Notes: generated by a model not told the origin, from the letters alone. 64,000 bases of DNA from Granulicella sp. (GCA_027450185.1 DAIDKF010000004.1:14044-78043); one strand, 5' to 3'; shown: positions 38,511 to 49,231, numbered from the stretch's first letter. Made by a program: numbers and translations.

Positions 38511-40295
38511 ATGAGTATTGCAGCTTCCCAAACTACATCTGCGCCTGCAACAGGCGGCAGTCAACCAGCGGCTCCGTCAATTGCGATATGGCTCACAGGA
38601 GCCATTGTTCTCGCGATGGGCGCCGCGTATCTCTTCAAGACCAACACCCATGCTGGGATATGGAATCAGCGCTATGATCCTACGGGCCACTGGTGGCTCT
38701 CCACTCTGTTTGCAGCGACGCCGGTAGTGGTGCTGCTTGGAAGCATGGCCATCCTTCGGCTGAAAGCCCATATCGCGGCAGTGCTCGGCTTGGCAACGGC
38801 TCTGATTGTGGCGGTAGGCGTGTTCCACATGCCGATGCGGATGGCTTTGACTACGGCGGCTTATGGCGGTGGGTACGGATTGTTTCCCATCTGCTGGATC
38901 ATTCTACCGGTGATCTTTCTTTACCAGCTCACCGTTAGTGCGGGGCAGTTCGAGTCGCTGCAAAGGAGCCTGACCAACATTACACCGGACAGCCGTTTGC
39001 AGTTGTTGTTGATTGCCTTCGCGTTTGGAGCGTTTATCGAGGGGGCTGCCGGGTTTGGCACGCCGGTAGCTGTGTGTGGTGCGATCCTTATCAGCCTTGG
39101 CTTCCGCCCATTGCAGGCAGCCGGCCTCTCTCTGATTGCGAATACCGCTCCTGTGGCGTTTGGCGCATTGGGTATCCCGATCGTCGCACTGCACGGCGTC
39201 ACAGGTCTGGACACAATGCTGCTAGCCAAGACGGTGTCGCATATTCTGGCCCCGTTCTGCATCCTTGTGCCTTTCTGGGTGATATGGGCTTTCGCGGGCT
39301 TTCGCTCCATGCTCGAAGTGTGGCCTCCGGCGTTGGTAGCGGGTGTGACATTCGCGGTTACGCAATTGCTGGTGGCGGCTTATAGCGGGCCGATGCTGGT
39401 GGCGGTCATATCCTCCATGATGACCATCATTGTCCTGATCGGATTTCTGAGGATATGGAAGCCGAAGCGGATTCTGAATCCAGTTGGTGTGGACATTACG
39501 GCTCAGGCGCCGAAGAAGCACTCGCACACAGCCGCAACGGTCTTCAAGGCATGGCTGCCCTGGCTGACACTGAGCGCCCTAGTCTTTATTTGGGGACTGC
39601 CGAAGTTTTCCAAATTTCTCAATGACCTTACGACAGCGAAGATCACGGTCATCGGTCTGCATAATTTGGTGCAGAGGGTGCAACCCGTGGTACCGAAACC
39701 AACGGCTGAAGCCGCCATCTACATGTTGAATTGGGCAACGGCGACGGGAACGGCGATTCTGCTTGCGGCCATTTTAGCTGGGTTCATGATGGGTATCCGG
39801 CCGGCAGAGATGGCGAAGACCTTTGTGAAGACGGTCGTCAACATCCGCTTTACGATCATTACGATCGTGGCTATGCTGGCGATTGGCTTCATCACCCGCT
39901 ACTGTGGCCTGGATGCGACCATGGGGCTGGCTTTCGCTCGTACCGGGGCGCTCTATCCGTTCTTTGGCACGCTGATTGGATGGGTGGGTACGGCGACCAC
40001 GGGTTCGGATACATCGTCGAACGTGTTGTTTGGCAGCCTGCAGACGATCACCGCGCATCAGATTAGCGTGCCTGCGCACTTGATGGCTTCAGCCAACTCT
40101 GCGGGCGGTGTTATGGGCAAGATGATCGATGCGCAGAGCATCGTCGTAGCCAGCACGGCTACACAGAACTATGGACAGGAGGGAAGTATTCTGCGATTCG
40201 TATTCTTCCATAGTTTGGCTCTGGCCTGCCTTGTCGGCGTGCTGGTCTTCCTGATGGCGTATGTCTACCCCTTTACCGGACTGGTGGCACGATAA
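38511..40295 (+). CDS. lctP: L-lactate permease
   Basis: D.RLQLLLIAFAFGAFIEGAAGFGTP, NTAPVAFG, GSDTSSN.LFG, ANSAGGVMGKMI. Confidence 0.93.
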   Translation: MSIAASQTTSAPATGGSQPAAPSIAIWLTGAIVLAMGAAYLFKTNTHAGIWNQRYDPTGHWWLSTLFAATPVVVLLGSMAILRLKAHIAAVLGLATALIVAVGVFHMPMRMALTTAAYGGGYGLFPICWIILPVIFLYQLTVSAGQFESLQRSLTNITPDSRLQLLLIAFAFGAFIEGAAGFGTPVAVCGAILISLGFRPLQAAGLSLIANTAPVAFGALGIPIVALHGVTGLDTMLLAKTVSHILAPFCILVPFWVIWAFAGFRSMLEVWPPALVAGVTFAVTQLLVAAYSGPMLVAVISSMMTIIVLIGFLRIWKPKRILNPVGVDITAQAPKKHSHTAATVFKAWLPWLTLSALVFIWGLPKFSKFLNDLTTAKITVIGLHNLVQRVQPVVPKPTAEAAIYMLNWATATGTAILLAAILAGFMMGIRPAEMAKTFVKTVVNIRFTIITIVAMLAIGFITRYCGLDATMGLAFARTGALYPFFGTLIGWVGTATTGSDTSSNVLFGSLQTITAHQISVPAHLMASANSAGGVMGKMIDAQSIVVASTATQNYGQEGSILRFVFFHSLALACLVGVLVFLMAYVYPFTGLVAR

Positions 40296-40501
40296 CGCAG
40301 GCACCCCTATGCGCACCCTGCACTGGCTCGGTGTGCGTAGGGGGATTATGAGTGTTGATAGGAGTGCGATGAGACTGATCTGCATCTATGTGCTGCGACC
40401 GCCTGCTCCCCTCTGGCAGCGTATGATGCGGAATCGATGCGCGAGGACGCGATGCGTCATATCCACTCCAGAGTAGTTCGCGCCCTGTGCGCGGAGAGAA
40501 G

Positions 40502-43432
40502 ATGATGACAGCAGCCATTGCACCTCCTGCAACGATGAAGGTACCCGACGCCAGCCAACTCAATTCACATCAGATTGGGGAGCAGCTGCAATCCTTTATC
40601 GATTCGACGCGTATTCTCACGCGAACGATCGACCGAATTGCATTTGCTTCGGATGCAAGTCTTTATCGCCTGATTCCACGTGTGGTCGTTCAACCAATCA
40701 GTTCAGAGGAGGTACGTGGGCTCTTCCGATTTAGCCGGGAACGGAAAATACCGCTCACCTTTCGCGCGGGTGGGACAAGTCTCTGTGGGCAGGCAATCAC
40801 CGATGGAATTCTAGTGGATGTGGGGCGTTACTGGCGCATGGGCAGGGCGGAAGAAGCCGGTCGTCTGATGCGTGTTCAGCCGGGCCTGATTGGACAGCAA
40901 GCCAACCAGATGCTCAAGAGGTATGCAGCCAAGATCGGACCAGACCCGGCTTCGATCAGCGCAGCACGGCTGGGAGGAATTCTTTCCAATAATGCGAGCG
41001 GAATGTGTTGCGGCGTGGTGCAGAATGCGTATCACACTCTGCACTCGATGACGTTCATGCTTCCGTCGGGCACGGAGATTGACACGGCCGCTCCAGATGC
41101 AGAGGCACGCTTTCAGCAGTGTGAGCCTCGACTTGCTGCTGGGTTACTTGATCTCAAGCGGCGGTTGGAGGCCAATCCGGAGTTATCAAAGCGAATTCGT
41201 GCAAAGTATCGCATGAAGAACACCACCGGCTATTCACTGAATGCGTTTCTGGATTACTCGACGCCTGTGCAGATATTCAGTCACTTGCTGATTGGAGCTG
41301 AAGGGACGCTGGCCTTCATTGCCGAGGCGGTGTTGGAGACGGTCCCCGACCTGCCGGTGAAATATACCGGACTACTTTTGTTTCCTGATCTACATGCGGC
41401 CTGCGAGGCGATCGCCCCGCTGCGCAATGCAGGAGCAGCTGCGTTGGAACTGATGGACCGCGCGTCGTTGCGCTCTGTTGAGAGCAAGCCTGGCATTCCG
41501 TCGGAGATTCAGAGACTGCCGAATGGCGCAGCGGCCCTGCTGGTCGAATTCCAAACGGCGGATGTGACCGCTGTAAAAGAAAACGCGGTGAAGGCGCAAA
41601 CTGCTGTTGCTGGTCTCAATTTGCTCGGCAAACCTATGTTCACCGATGATCCTGTGGAGCAAGACCGCTTGTGGAGCATCCGCAAGGGCCTGTTTCCCTC
41701 GGTTGGTGCGGTGAGGGCCAGTGGAACCACGGTCATTATTGAAGATGTAGCTTTCCCCGTGGAGCATCTGGCTGACGCCGCCGTTGATCTGATTCACCTG
41801 TTTGAGAAACATGATTACCCAAACGCGATCATCTTCGGCCATGCCAAAGACGGGAATCTTCATTTCGTCATTACCCAGGGGTTCAACACCGAGAGGGAAG
41901 TCGCGCAGTATCGGGACTTCATTGACGATGTGGTGCAGTTAGTAGTGCACAAATATGATGGCGCGCTGAAAGCCGAGCACGGGACGGGCCGCAATATGGC
42001 TCCGTTTGTGGAGACAGAGTGGGGCAAAGATGCGTATGCCATCATGCAAGAGCTCAAGGAACTGGCCGATCCCGATAACCTGCTCAACCCCGGCGTGATC
42101 ATCAACTCAGATCCCGAAGCCCACATGGTCGATCTGAAGAGAATGCCGGTAGTTGAGCAAGAGATCGATAAGTGCATTGAGTGTGGCTACTGTGAGCCGA
42201 AGTGCCCGAGCCGTGATTTAACGCTGACCCCACGCCAGCGTATCGTGGTACGCCGCGAGATGCAGAGACTTAAGGACGATGGGACGGACAACGCCGCCTA
42301 TGATGCGCTCAACCGCGACTTTCCTTACATGGCCCTAGACACCTGTGCGGTAGATGGCCTGTGTGCGACGGCCTGCCCTGTGAGCATTGATACGGGTGCT
42401 CTGACCAAGCGATTTCGCAGGTTGCGCCATACTGCGGTTGCGAATCGGATTGCGGTTGCCGTCGCGAAGAACATGAAGCTTACAGAGATGGGTGGCCGCT
42501 TCGCCATGGGCATGGGCCATCTAGTTCAGAAGGTCTTCGGGCTGAGGTTCATGCAAGGCATCACGCGTCTTTTAGATAAGGTCTCTCGCAGTGTGATGGA
42601 TGAAGCCTTCTGGCAGTGGTGTGCCGAGATGCCGCGACCAAGGCGAGGTGCGCTGCCGGTGCGCCCGCGACTGAATGCCGAGGCAGTGTATTTTCCTGCG
42701 TGCATCTCCCGCATTATGGGGGCGCTACCCGGCGAGCAGCAGGAGATCAGCGTGATGCAGGCGCTGCTAGCGGTTGCGGACCGAGCAGGAGTGAAATTGT
42801 ATGTGCCGGAGGACATTGCAGGAAACTGTTGCGGGGTTCCATTTTCATCCAAGGGGTTTGAGGCAGCGCATCATGCCGCGGTCGATCACACCATTGAGAG
42901 TTTCTTTCGATGGTCAAACGGAGGCGAGTTGCCGATCGTGATTGACACGAGTCCTTGTACGTACGGGCTCAAGACTGCACGATCTCATCTGAGTTTGGAG
43001 AATCAGGCCAGATTCGACAAGCTCATCATTTTGGATTCGGTCGAATTTGCTCATGATCGATTGCTCCCCACGCTGCCAATTTACCGAAAAGTTCACTCGG
43101 TGGCGCTGCATCCTGTCTGCTCGGCGACAAAGATGGCCATTACATCTAAGCTCATCAGGATATCCAACGCGTGTAGCGATGCGGTGCTTGTGCCAAGTGA
43201 TGCGGGATGCTGCGCATTTGCTGGTGATCGTGGATTTTTATTTCCTGAACTAACGGCCTCAGCAACTAACATCGAAGCCGGCCAAGCTACAGCCGAAGAT
43301 CATGATGGATACTATTCAAGTAGTCGGACCTGCGAGATCGGTATGACACGAGCTACAGGCAAGGCATACCAGTCGTATCTGCATTTGCTGGAGTATGCTT
43401 CGCGGCATCCATCCGATACCGATTCAGTTTGA
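40502..43432 (+). CDS. FAD/Fe-S D-lactate dehydrogenase (Dld-II type)
   Basis: DASLYRL.P, RAGGTSL.GQA, GPDPAS, NNASGMCCG, GHAKDGNLHF, LKAEHGTGRN, CIECGYC...CP, CAVDGLC...CP, CCG domains. Confidence 0.88.
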   Translation: MMTAAIAPPATMKVPDASQLNSHQIGEQLQSFIDSTRILTRTIDRIAFASDASLYRLIPRVVVQPISSEEVRGLFRFSRERKIPLTFRAGGTSLCGQAITDGILVDVGRYWRMGRAEEAGRLMRVQPGLIGQQANQMLKRYAAKIGPDPASISAARLGGILSNNASGMCCGVVQNAYHTLHSMTFMLPSGTEIDTAAPDAEARFQQCEPRLAAGLLDLKRRLEANPELSKRIRAKYRMKNTTGYSLNAFLDYSTPVQIFSHLLIGAEGTLAFIAEAVLETVPDLPVKYTGLLLFPDLHAACEAIAPLRNAGAAALELMDRASLRSVESKPGIPSEIQRLPNGAAALLVEFQTADVTAVKENAVKAQTAVAGLNLLGKPMFTDDPVEQDRLWSIRKGLFPSVGAVRASGTTVIIEDVAFPVEHLADAAVDLIHLFEKHDYPNAIIFGHAKDGNLHFVITQGFNTEREVAQYRDFIDDVVQLVVHKYDGALKAEHGTGRNMAPFVETEWGKDAYAIMQELKELADPDNLLNPGVIINSDPEAHMVDLKRMPVVEQEIDKCIECGYCEPKCPSRDLTLTPRQRIVVRREMQRLKDDGTDNAAYDALNRDFPYMALDTCAVDGLCATACPVSIDTGALTKRFRRLRHTAVANRIAVAVAKNMKLTEMGGRFAMGMGHLVQKVFGLRFMQGITRLLDKVSRSVMDEAFWQWCAEMPRPRRGALPVRPRLNAEAVYFPACISRIMGALPGEQQEISVMQALLAVADRAGVKLYVPEDIAGNCCGVPFSSKGFEAAHHAAVDHTIESFFRWSNGGELPIVIDTSPCTYGLKTARSHLSLENQARFDKLIILDSVEFAHDRLLPTLPIYRKVHSVALHPVCSATKMAITSKLIRISNACSDAVLVPSDAGCCAFAGDRGFLFPELTASATNIEAGQATAEDHDGYYSSSRTCEIGMTRATGKAYQSYLHLLEYASRHPSDTDSV

Positions 43433-43638
43433 GGTTTTGGAAATTGGCTTTGGCGGGCTCGTTCCACCAGACTCGAAGTGCTAGAAGATGATTCTGACTA
43501 ACCATTCTGCGAATATGCCATTAGTATGCAGATGAGAACTCTGAGCTATATTGATGTCGCCATGCTTTACGTGGCGTGGCCGATGGGGTCATATCGGCAT
43601 AGATCATCAACGTTTTGCGATTTTGGAGGTGTCTTACT

Positions 43639-44379
43639 TTGCGGGTTTCTCTATTTATCACTTGCTATAACGACACGTTGTTTCCAGAGACTGGTAAGTC
43701 GGTTGTTCGCGTGCTGGAGCGGCTCGGTCACATGGTTGAATTCCGGACGGGACAAACTTGTTGCGGACAGATGCACTGGAACACCGGTTATCTGAAGGAA
43801 GCAGTGCCTATCCTGCGGCATTTTGTTGAGGTCTATCGAGATGCGGAGACGATTGTGGTTCCGTCGAGCTCTTGTGTTTCCATGATGCGCGACCACTATC
43901 TAAAAGCGGCTGAGAGTGTGGGGGACAACCAACTGGCAGCAGGCGTTCAGGAGCTACTTCCGCGTATCTATGAGTTCACAGAATTTCTAGTGAAGAAGCT
44001 TGGAGTGGAAGATGTTGGTGCTACCTATCCACACAAAGTCACATTTCACACCAGTTGCCATTCGGAGCGGAGCCTGCATCTAGGAGATATTCCGATCCGG
44101 CTGCTGAAGCAAGTGCGCGGGCTACAGCTATTGAAGCTGGAAAACCCTCAAGAGTGTTGTGGGTTTGGCGGAACATTTTCGATTAAGAATGCAGACGTAT
44201 CCTCTGCGATGCTGGCGGATAAGGTTCGCACGGTGCTGAATACAGGCGCCGAAGTTTGTACCGCGGTCGATAATTCCTGTTTGATGCACCTCTACGGTTC
44301 GCTGCATCGCCAGCGTACCTTTGTTCGTACCGCACATATTGCCGAGATACTGGCTTCGACGGCTGGAGACAATGTATGA
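43639..44379 (+). CDS. lutA: L-lactate dehydrogenase complex subunit LutA/LldE
   Basis: LFITC, QTCCGQ...N.G, S.SC, H.SCH, CCGFGGTFS; GGAGGT ribosome-binding site with TTG start. Confidence 0.9.
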   Translation: MRVSLFITCYNDTLFPETGKSVVRVLERLGHMVEFRTGQTCCGQMHWNTGYLKEAVPILRHFVEVYRDAETIVVPSSSCVSMMRDHYLKAAESVGDNQLAAGVQELLPRIYEFTEFLVKKLGVEDVGATYPHKVTFHTSCHSERSLHLGDIPIRLLKQVRGLQLLKLENPQECCGFGGTFSIKNADVSSAMLADKVRTVLNTGAEVCTAVDNSCLMHLYGSLHRQRTFVRTAHIAEILASTAGDNV

Positions 44380-45854
44380 CGACTCAAGAGCAATCGCACT
44401 GGTCGGATCGCAATTTCCCCCAGGCGGCGAAGGAGTTGCTGCAGGACTCGCAGATCCGCAGTAATGTTCGCCATGCGACAAATGTTATCCAGGCTAAGCG
44501 CAACAACGTGGTTGGGGAACTTGCTGACTGGCAGCAGTTACGCGATGCAGGTGCAGCCATTCGTGCGCATTCTTTGGCCCATCTGGACTTTTACCTGGAG
44601 CAGTTCGAAGAGGCTTGCACACGTGCTGGGGGCCATGTTCATTGGGCGCGCGATTCTGCTGAAGCGAATCGCATCATTCTTGCCCTGATCCAAGAGCATG
44701 ATGCCAAAGAGGTGATCAAGATCAAGACCATGACCTCGGAAGAGATTGGTCTGAACAAGAACCTTGAGGCCAATGGCATCCACCCGATTGAAACGGATCT
44801 GGCCGAGTTAATCATTCAATTGGGGCACGACAAGCCCTCGCACTTTGTTGTTCCCGCGCTCCACAAGAACCGCCAGGAGGTGCGGGAGATATTTAAACGC
44901 GAGATGAACCTGCCTGACCTTGGCGAACGTCCGGAAGACTTGGCCTCCGCCGCACGGACGTACCTGCGGGAAAAGTATTTACGCATCAAGGTGGCTGTTT
45001 CGGGTGCCAACTTTCTGATCGCTGAAAATGGAGCGGTGTGTGTTGTCGAGTCAGAAGGGAATGGCCGGATGTGCCTGACCCTGCCTGACGTGCTCATTTC
45101 GCTGGTAGGCATTGAAAAGGTGCTTCCAAAATATCGCGACATGGAAGTGTTTTTACAGACGTTGCCGCGCTCGGCCACGGGTGAGCGAATGAACCCGTAT
45201 AACTCTATCTGGACCGGGGTTCACGATGGAGATGGCCCCAAAGAGTTTCACGTGGTTCTGCTGGACAATCGTCGCAGTCCTATTCTCGGTGATGTGGAGT
45301 CGCGGCAGACACTGCAATGCATCAGGTGTGCTGCATGTCTGAACGTATGTCCTGTGTATCACCAGACCGGAGGGCATGCGTATGAATCGGTGTATGCAGG
45401 GCCGATTGGTGCGATTCTGACTCCGCAGCTTCATTCGATGAAAGAAGGGCGGTCACTACCGTATGCGTCTTCCTTGTGCGGTGCGTGCTATGAGGTATGC
45501 CCGGTGAAGATTAATATTCCGGAGGTGCTGATTCATCTGCGCGGAGAGATCGTCCAGGAAGACCAGAAGACACTGGGTGGCAAGTTTGGCATGTGGAATG
45601 TCGGAATGCAGGCGGCTGCATTCTTGTTTGCGAGTTCCAGTCGCTTGTCGCTTGCGCAGCACCTGGGACAGATTGCTCAGAAGCTGGTGGTGTCCAGGAA
45701 CGGCGTGATCGAACGGCTACCCTTCATGCTCTCTGGTTGGACGCAGACGCGCGATCTGATGCCGCTGCCAGATCAGACCTTTCGAGACTGGTGGGCGCAG
45801 CGTAAACCCTTGTCCGACCACGGTACAGCTCTGGAGGGTTCTCATGTCAAATAG
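44376..45854 (+). CDS. lutB: L-lactate dehydrogenase complex Fe-S subunit LutB/LldF
   Basis: ETDLAE.IIQL, PSH.V.PA.H, ESEGNGR, RSATG, CIRCAACLNVCP, SSLCGACYEVCP. Confidence 0.93.
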   Translation: MTTQEQSHWSDRNFPQAAKELLQDSQIRSNVRHATNVIQAKRNNVVGELADWQQLRDAGAAIRAHSLAHLDFYLEQFEEACTRAGGHVHWARDSAEANRIILALIQEHDAKEVIKIKTMTSEEIGLNKNLEANGIHPIETDLAELIIQLGHDKPSHFVVPALHKNRQEVREIFKREMNLPDLGERPEDLASAARTYLREKYLRIKVAVSGANFLIAENGAVCVVESEGNGRMCLTLPDVLISLVGIEKVLPKYRDMEVFLQTLPRSATGERMNPYNSIWTGVHDGDGPKEFHVVLLDNRRSPILGDVESRQTLQCIRCAACLNVCPVYHQTGGHAYESVYAGPIGAILTPQLHSMKEGRSLPYASSLCGACYEVCPVKINIPEVLIHLRGEIVQEDQKTLGGKFGMWNVGMQAAAFLFASSSRLSLAQHLGQIAQKLVVSRNGVIERLPFMLSGWTQTRDLMPLPDQTFRDWWAQRKPLSDHGTALEGSHVK

Positions 45855-46497
45855 CACGGATGCACGGACGGCCATCTTGAGTAGCATCCGGTCCGCCTTG
45901 CGGAGTTCGATGGATGCCGCAGAAATCGCCGATGAATATGCTGCAATTTCACGTACCTACAAGCGCGTAGGCACACTGGGACGAGATGCGCTGCTTGATC
46001 TGTTTGCTCATCGACTAAGGGAATATGATGCAGGAGTTTCGTATTGCCCGGTGGACAAGATCAGCGACGAGATTGCGAGAATTCTTAGGTCACGTGGCCG
46101 CAGTAAGATTGCGGTTCCAGACGGACTACCAGCGGGGTGGTTACCGGAGGGTTTCGAATTTGAGGATGGTACACACTTCGACGACTATCAACTCGATCTG
46201 ATGGACGGGGTCCTCACTGGTTGCACGGTCGCCATAGCAGAAACCGGTTCCATCGTTCTACAGACTGCTGCAGCACAGGGGCCGCGAATCCTTTCGCTGG
46301 TACCCGATTATCACCTATGCGTGGTATTTGCTGAGCAGGTTGTGGAGACAGTTCCGGAATCCTTTGCGCAACTAGATGCGGTATCCACGCTGCCGACGAC
46401 CTTTTTTTCTGGACCTTCGGCGACAGCTGATATAGAGATGACGAGAATCAAGGGCGTCCATGGGCCGCGGTTCCTTGATGTGGTGCTCGTTGTCTAG
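45844..46497 (+). CDS. lutC: LutC/LldG (LUD domain) protein
   Basis: AIAETGS, SL.PDYH, SGPSATADIE..RIKGVHGP. Confidence 0.92.
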   Translation: MSNSTDARTAILSSIRSALRSSMDAAEIADEYAAISRTYKRVGTLGRDALLDLFAHRLREYDAGVSYCPVDKISDEIARILRSRGRSKIAVPDGLPAGWLPEGFEFEDGTHFDDYQLDLMDGVLTGCTVAIAETGSIVLQTAAAQGPRILSLVPDYHLCVVFAEQVVETVPESFAQLDAVSTLPTTFFSGPSATADIEMTRIKGVHGPRFLDVVLVV

Positions 46498-46578
46498 GAG
46501 CCAGCAAGCAATCCGAAGCTATCAGCAATGCATACCCGAGTTACACTGAGGGCGCATGTAAAGGTAGTCGAGCCATCG

Positions 46579-47673
46579 ATGGATAGCAAAGAAAAACTTT
46601 ACATTACTGCTGTAAAACAAGCAGCGGCGCCGCGTCCTAAGATGGTTCGGCCCATCGTGGTTCTTGGAGCCGGCGGTATCATTCGGGCGGCGCATTTGCC
46701 CGCATATCATAAGGCCGGGTATCGTGTGGTTGCGATTGCAGATATTGCACAAGATCGAGCAGCCGAGCTTGCGTCTGAGTGGAAGATCGAGCGCAGCTTC
46801 GGGTCAATTGCAGATGCGGTGCGCTTTGCTCCAGCAGACGTAATCTTTGATGTCGCGGTTCCTGCGTCGCAGATCATGACGATTCTGCCGCAACTTCCGA
46901 CTGGCGCTGCTGTTTTATTGCAGAAGCCGATGGGCGAGACCCTGGAAGAAGCTAAAACGATACGAGATCATTGTCGGCAGCATGGGCTGACGCTGGCTGT
47001 CAACTTTCAACTGCGCTATGCACCAAATAACCTTGGTGCTGTCGCTCTGGCCAGCGCAGGGGTGCTTGGAGAGTTGCACGATATGGAGGTGCAGGTGCGA
47101 ACCTACACGCCCTGGAAGTTGTGGATGTTCCTTGCCACGGCGCCACGCCTGGAGGTGCTGTATCACAGCATTCATTATCTCGATCTGATTCGCTCGTGGC
47201 TCGGCAATCCCATCGGAGTGTATGCCAGGACGGTGAGGAATCCGCAGTGTGCCGGCCTTGCAGCGACAAAGTCTTCAATCGTGCTGGACTACGGAGATTG
47301 GAAGCGTGTGTTCGTGGTGACGAATCACGGCCATGATCTTGCGGAAGAGAGTCAATGCAGCTTTGTCCAATGGGAGGGAACGCAGGGGGCGATGCGAATG
47401 GACATGGGCGTGAATCTGGATTATCCGAAGGGCCAACCGGATACTCTGTCGTATGTGTTGCGCGATAGCGAGGATCGCAAATGGCGGAGTGTTCCTGTCT
47501 GCGGGAACTGGTTTCCGGACGCGTTTGTCGGGAGCATGGGAGCGCTACAGGCCTATGTGGAAGGGTCGGTCGCGGAATTGCCGACTGGCTTTGAGTCAGC
47601 TTACGAGACCATGGCTCTGGTGGAGGCCGTCTATCGATCGAGCGCGAAGCCGGGAGAACCTCTGCCGCTCTGA
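46579..47673 (+). CDS. Gfo/Idh/MocA family oxidoreductase
   Basis: GAGGI...HLPAY, QKPMG, VNFQLRY, YHSIHYLD; start may be 46528. Confidence 0.85.
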   Translation: MDSKEKLYITAVKQAAAPRPKMVRPIVVLGAGGIIRAAHLPAYHKAGYRVVAIADIAQDRAAELASEWKIERSFGSIADAVRFAPADVIFDVAVPASQIMTILPQLPTGAAVLLQKPMGETLEEAKTIRDHCRQHGLTLAVNFQLRYAPNNLGAVALASAGVLGELHDMEVQVRTYTPWKLWMFLATAPRLEVLYHSIHYLDLIRSWLGNPIGVYARTVRNPQCAGLAATKSSIVLDYGDWKRVFVVTNHGHDLAEESQCSFVQWEGTQGAMRMDMGVNLDYPKGQPDTLSYVLRDSEDRKWRSVPVCGNWFPDAFVGSMGALQAYVEGSVAELPTGFESAYETMALVEAVYRSSAKPGEPLPL

Positions 47674-47945
47674 ATGCTGGTGGACGGTTGCAGACGAGCA
47701 AGTCTATGCCTGCGTTGGTTGCTGCGCCGTTGTCGAGTGCCACTCACGACGTGATGCTGGCAGACACCGAGCACTGGTGTCCTGGTTGCGACGTCCTATC
47801 AGCTATAGCTCTGGGCCGTTAACTCCGGTCAATGCTTTGCTGCCGCGCAGGCCAGCGAAGTTGACATAAGGAACGGATAAGCAGGCTCGTGGCAGGGACA
47901 ACGTCATGATTCAAGGGGAAGTCCAAAAAAGTTTATGTACCTCCC

Positions 47946-47972
47946 TAGAATGCAAAAAGGAGATGCCGATAG
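47946..47972 (+). promoter_or_regulatory. sigma28 (FliA) promoter of fliC
   Basis: TAGA-N15-GCCGATAG against the consensus TAAA-N15-GCCGATAA. Confidence 0.75.
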
Positions 47973-48074
47973 ATTGCTCGTAACAATAACCACCTGCTCC
48001 AAGTAACGATTCTGGACCTTGAAGCAAACAAAACCGGTTCGGCGCAGGCGGAATTCGATATAAGGAGCAATTCA

Positions 48075-49211
48075 ATGATTAGTGTCCTCAATAACGTCTC
48101 TTCTCTGGTCGCAGAGAACGCCCTTTCCTCGACGCAGGCCAGCCTGCAAAATACTCTCCAGCAACTGTCGACCGGTCTGCGCATCAACTCCGGATCGAAC
48201 GATCCTGCTGGCCTTTCGATTGCCAACGGCCTCGGTGCCAATATCTCTGCACTCACGCAGTCCACGCAGAACGCGTCGAACGGCGTTGGGCTTCTGCAGA
48301 CGGCCGATGGCGCGCTCTCGCAGGTGACTTCGCTGCTGAACCAGGCCGTATCCATTGCGACTGAAGCTTCCAACGGTGGTCTGACGACGGCGCAATCCAC
48401 GGCAGCGAACACCGAATTCCAATCGATTCTCAAGGAGATCAATCAGATTGGATCGACAACCAACTTCAACGGCGAAGCGGTCTTCAGCGCCAATCCACAG
48501 ACGGTCTACACCAGCGATGGAACCAGCGGTGGCAGCACTACCACCTCGACAACAACCGGGTTACTTTCGGCCGCTGCGCTGAATCTCGGCGGAGGTTCGA
48601 CCTTTACTTCAGACAACACGTCTACCACGGCAGTGGCGAGTGGAACAGCGCTCACGGCCACCCAGACAACCACGATTAAGAACACGGCAGGGACGACCCT
48701 GTTCAGCTACACGGCCTCCTCTGGCAACACGGTTGGTGATCTGATCAGCGCCATTAACGCATCGGGCGTAGGAACAGCGGCGTTGAATACCAACGGGCAG
48801 CTAACGATCACCGGGCTTCCGTCGACGGACACGGTGTCCACTACGGATACGGTGCTTGGCGCGACAGCCGCTGGCACAGCTACCGCCTTCACCTCCGCCG
48901 TAGGAGCCAGCCTGGACCTAAGCAATAGCAGCGACGCGCAGACCGCGCTGACGGCGCTTACGGCTGCCATCAGCACGGTGGCCGCAACCCGCGGGACGAT
49001 AGGCGCTTCGGTAAACCAACTCACCGCTGACGAGGGTGTGCAGAACACTGAGGTTCAGAACCTGACCAGCGCTCAAAACAACGTTCAGAACGCTGATATA
49101 GGCACCACGGTCTCCAACATGACGCAGTACAACGTGCTGGAACAGACGGGCATGGCAGCGCTCTCGCAGGCGAACTCCGCCCAGCAGAACGTACTGAAAC
49201 TCCTGCAGTAA
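48075..49211 (+). CDS. fliC: Flagellin
   Basis: LSTGLRINS, LQTADGAL, TNFNG, RGTIGA..NQL, ADI, QTGMAALSQAN, VLKLLQ; AAGGAG ribosome-binding site. Confidence 0.95.
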   Translation: MISVLNNVSSLVAENALSSTQASLQNTLQQLSTGLRINSGSNDPAGLSIANGLGANISALTQSTQNASNGVGLLQTADGALSQVTSLLNQAVSIATEASNGGLTTAQSTAANTEFQSILKEINQIGSTTNFNGEAVFSANPQTVYTSDGTSGGSTTTSTTTGLLSAAALNLGGGSTFTSDNTSTTAVASGTALTATQTTTIKNTAGTTLFSYTASSGNTVGDLISAINASGVGTAALNTNGQLTITGLPSTDTVSTTDTVLGATAAGTATAFTSAVGASLDLSNSSDAQTALTALTAAISTVAATRGTIGASVNQLTADEGVQNTEVQNLTSAQNNVQNADIGTTVSNMTQYNVLEQTGMAALSQANSAQQNVLKLLQ

Positions 49212-49231
49212 GCATCTTCACTCTTCTGACC

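Noticed and set aside
43591-43617. Antisense sigma28-like site CAAA-N15-GCCGATAT between Dld-II and lutA
   Set aside because: No gene lies downstream on that strand, and it is also explained as one arm of a short GCCGAT/ATCGGC hairpin; a chance match is likely.
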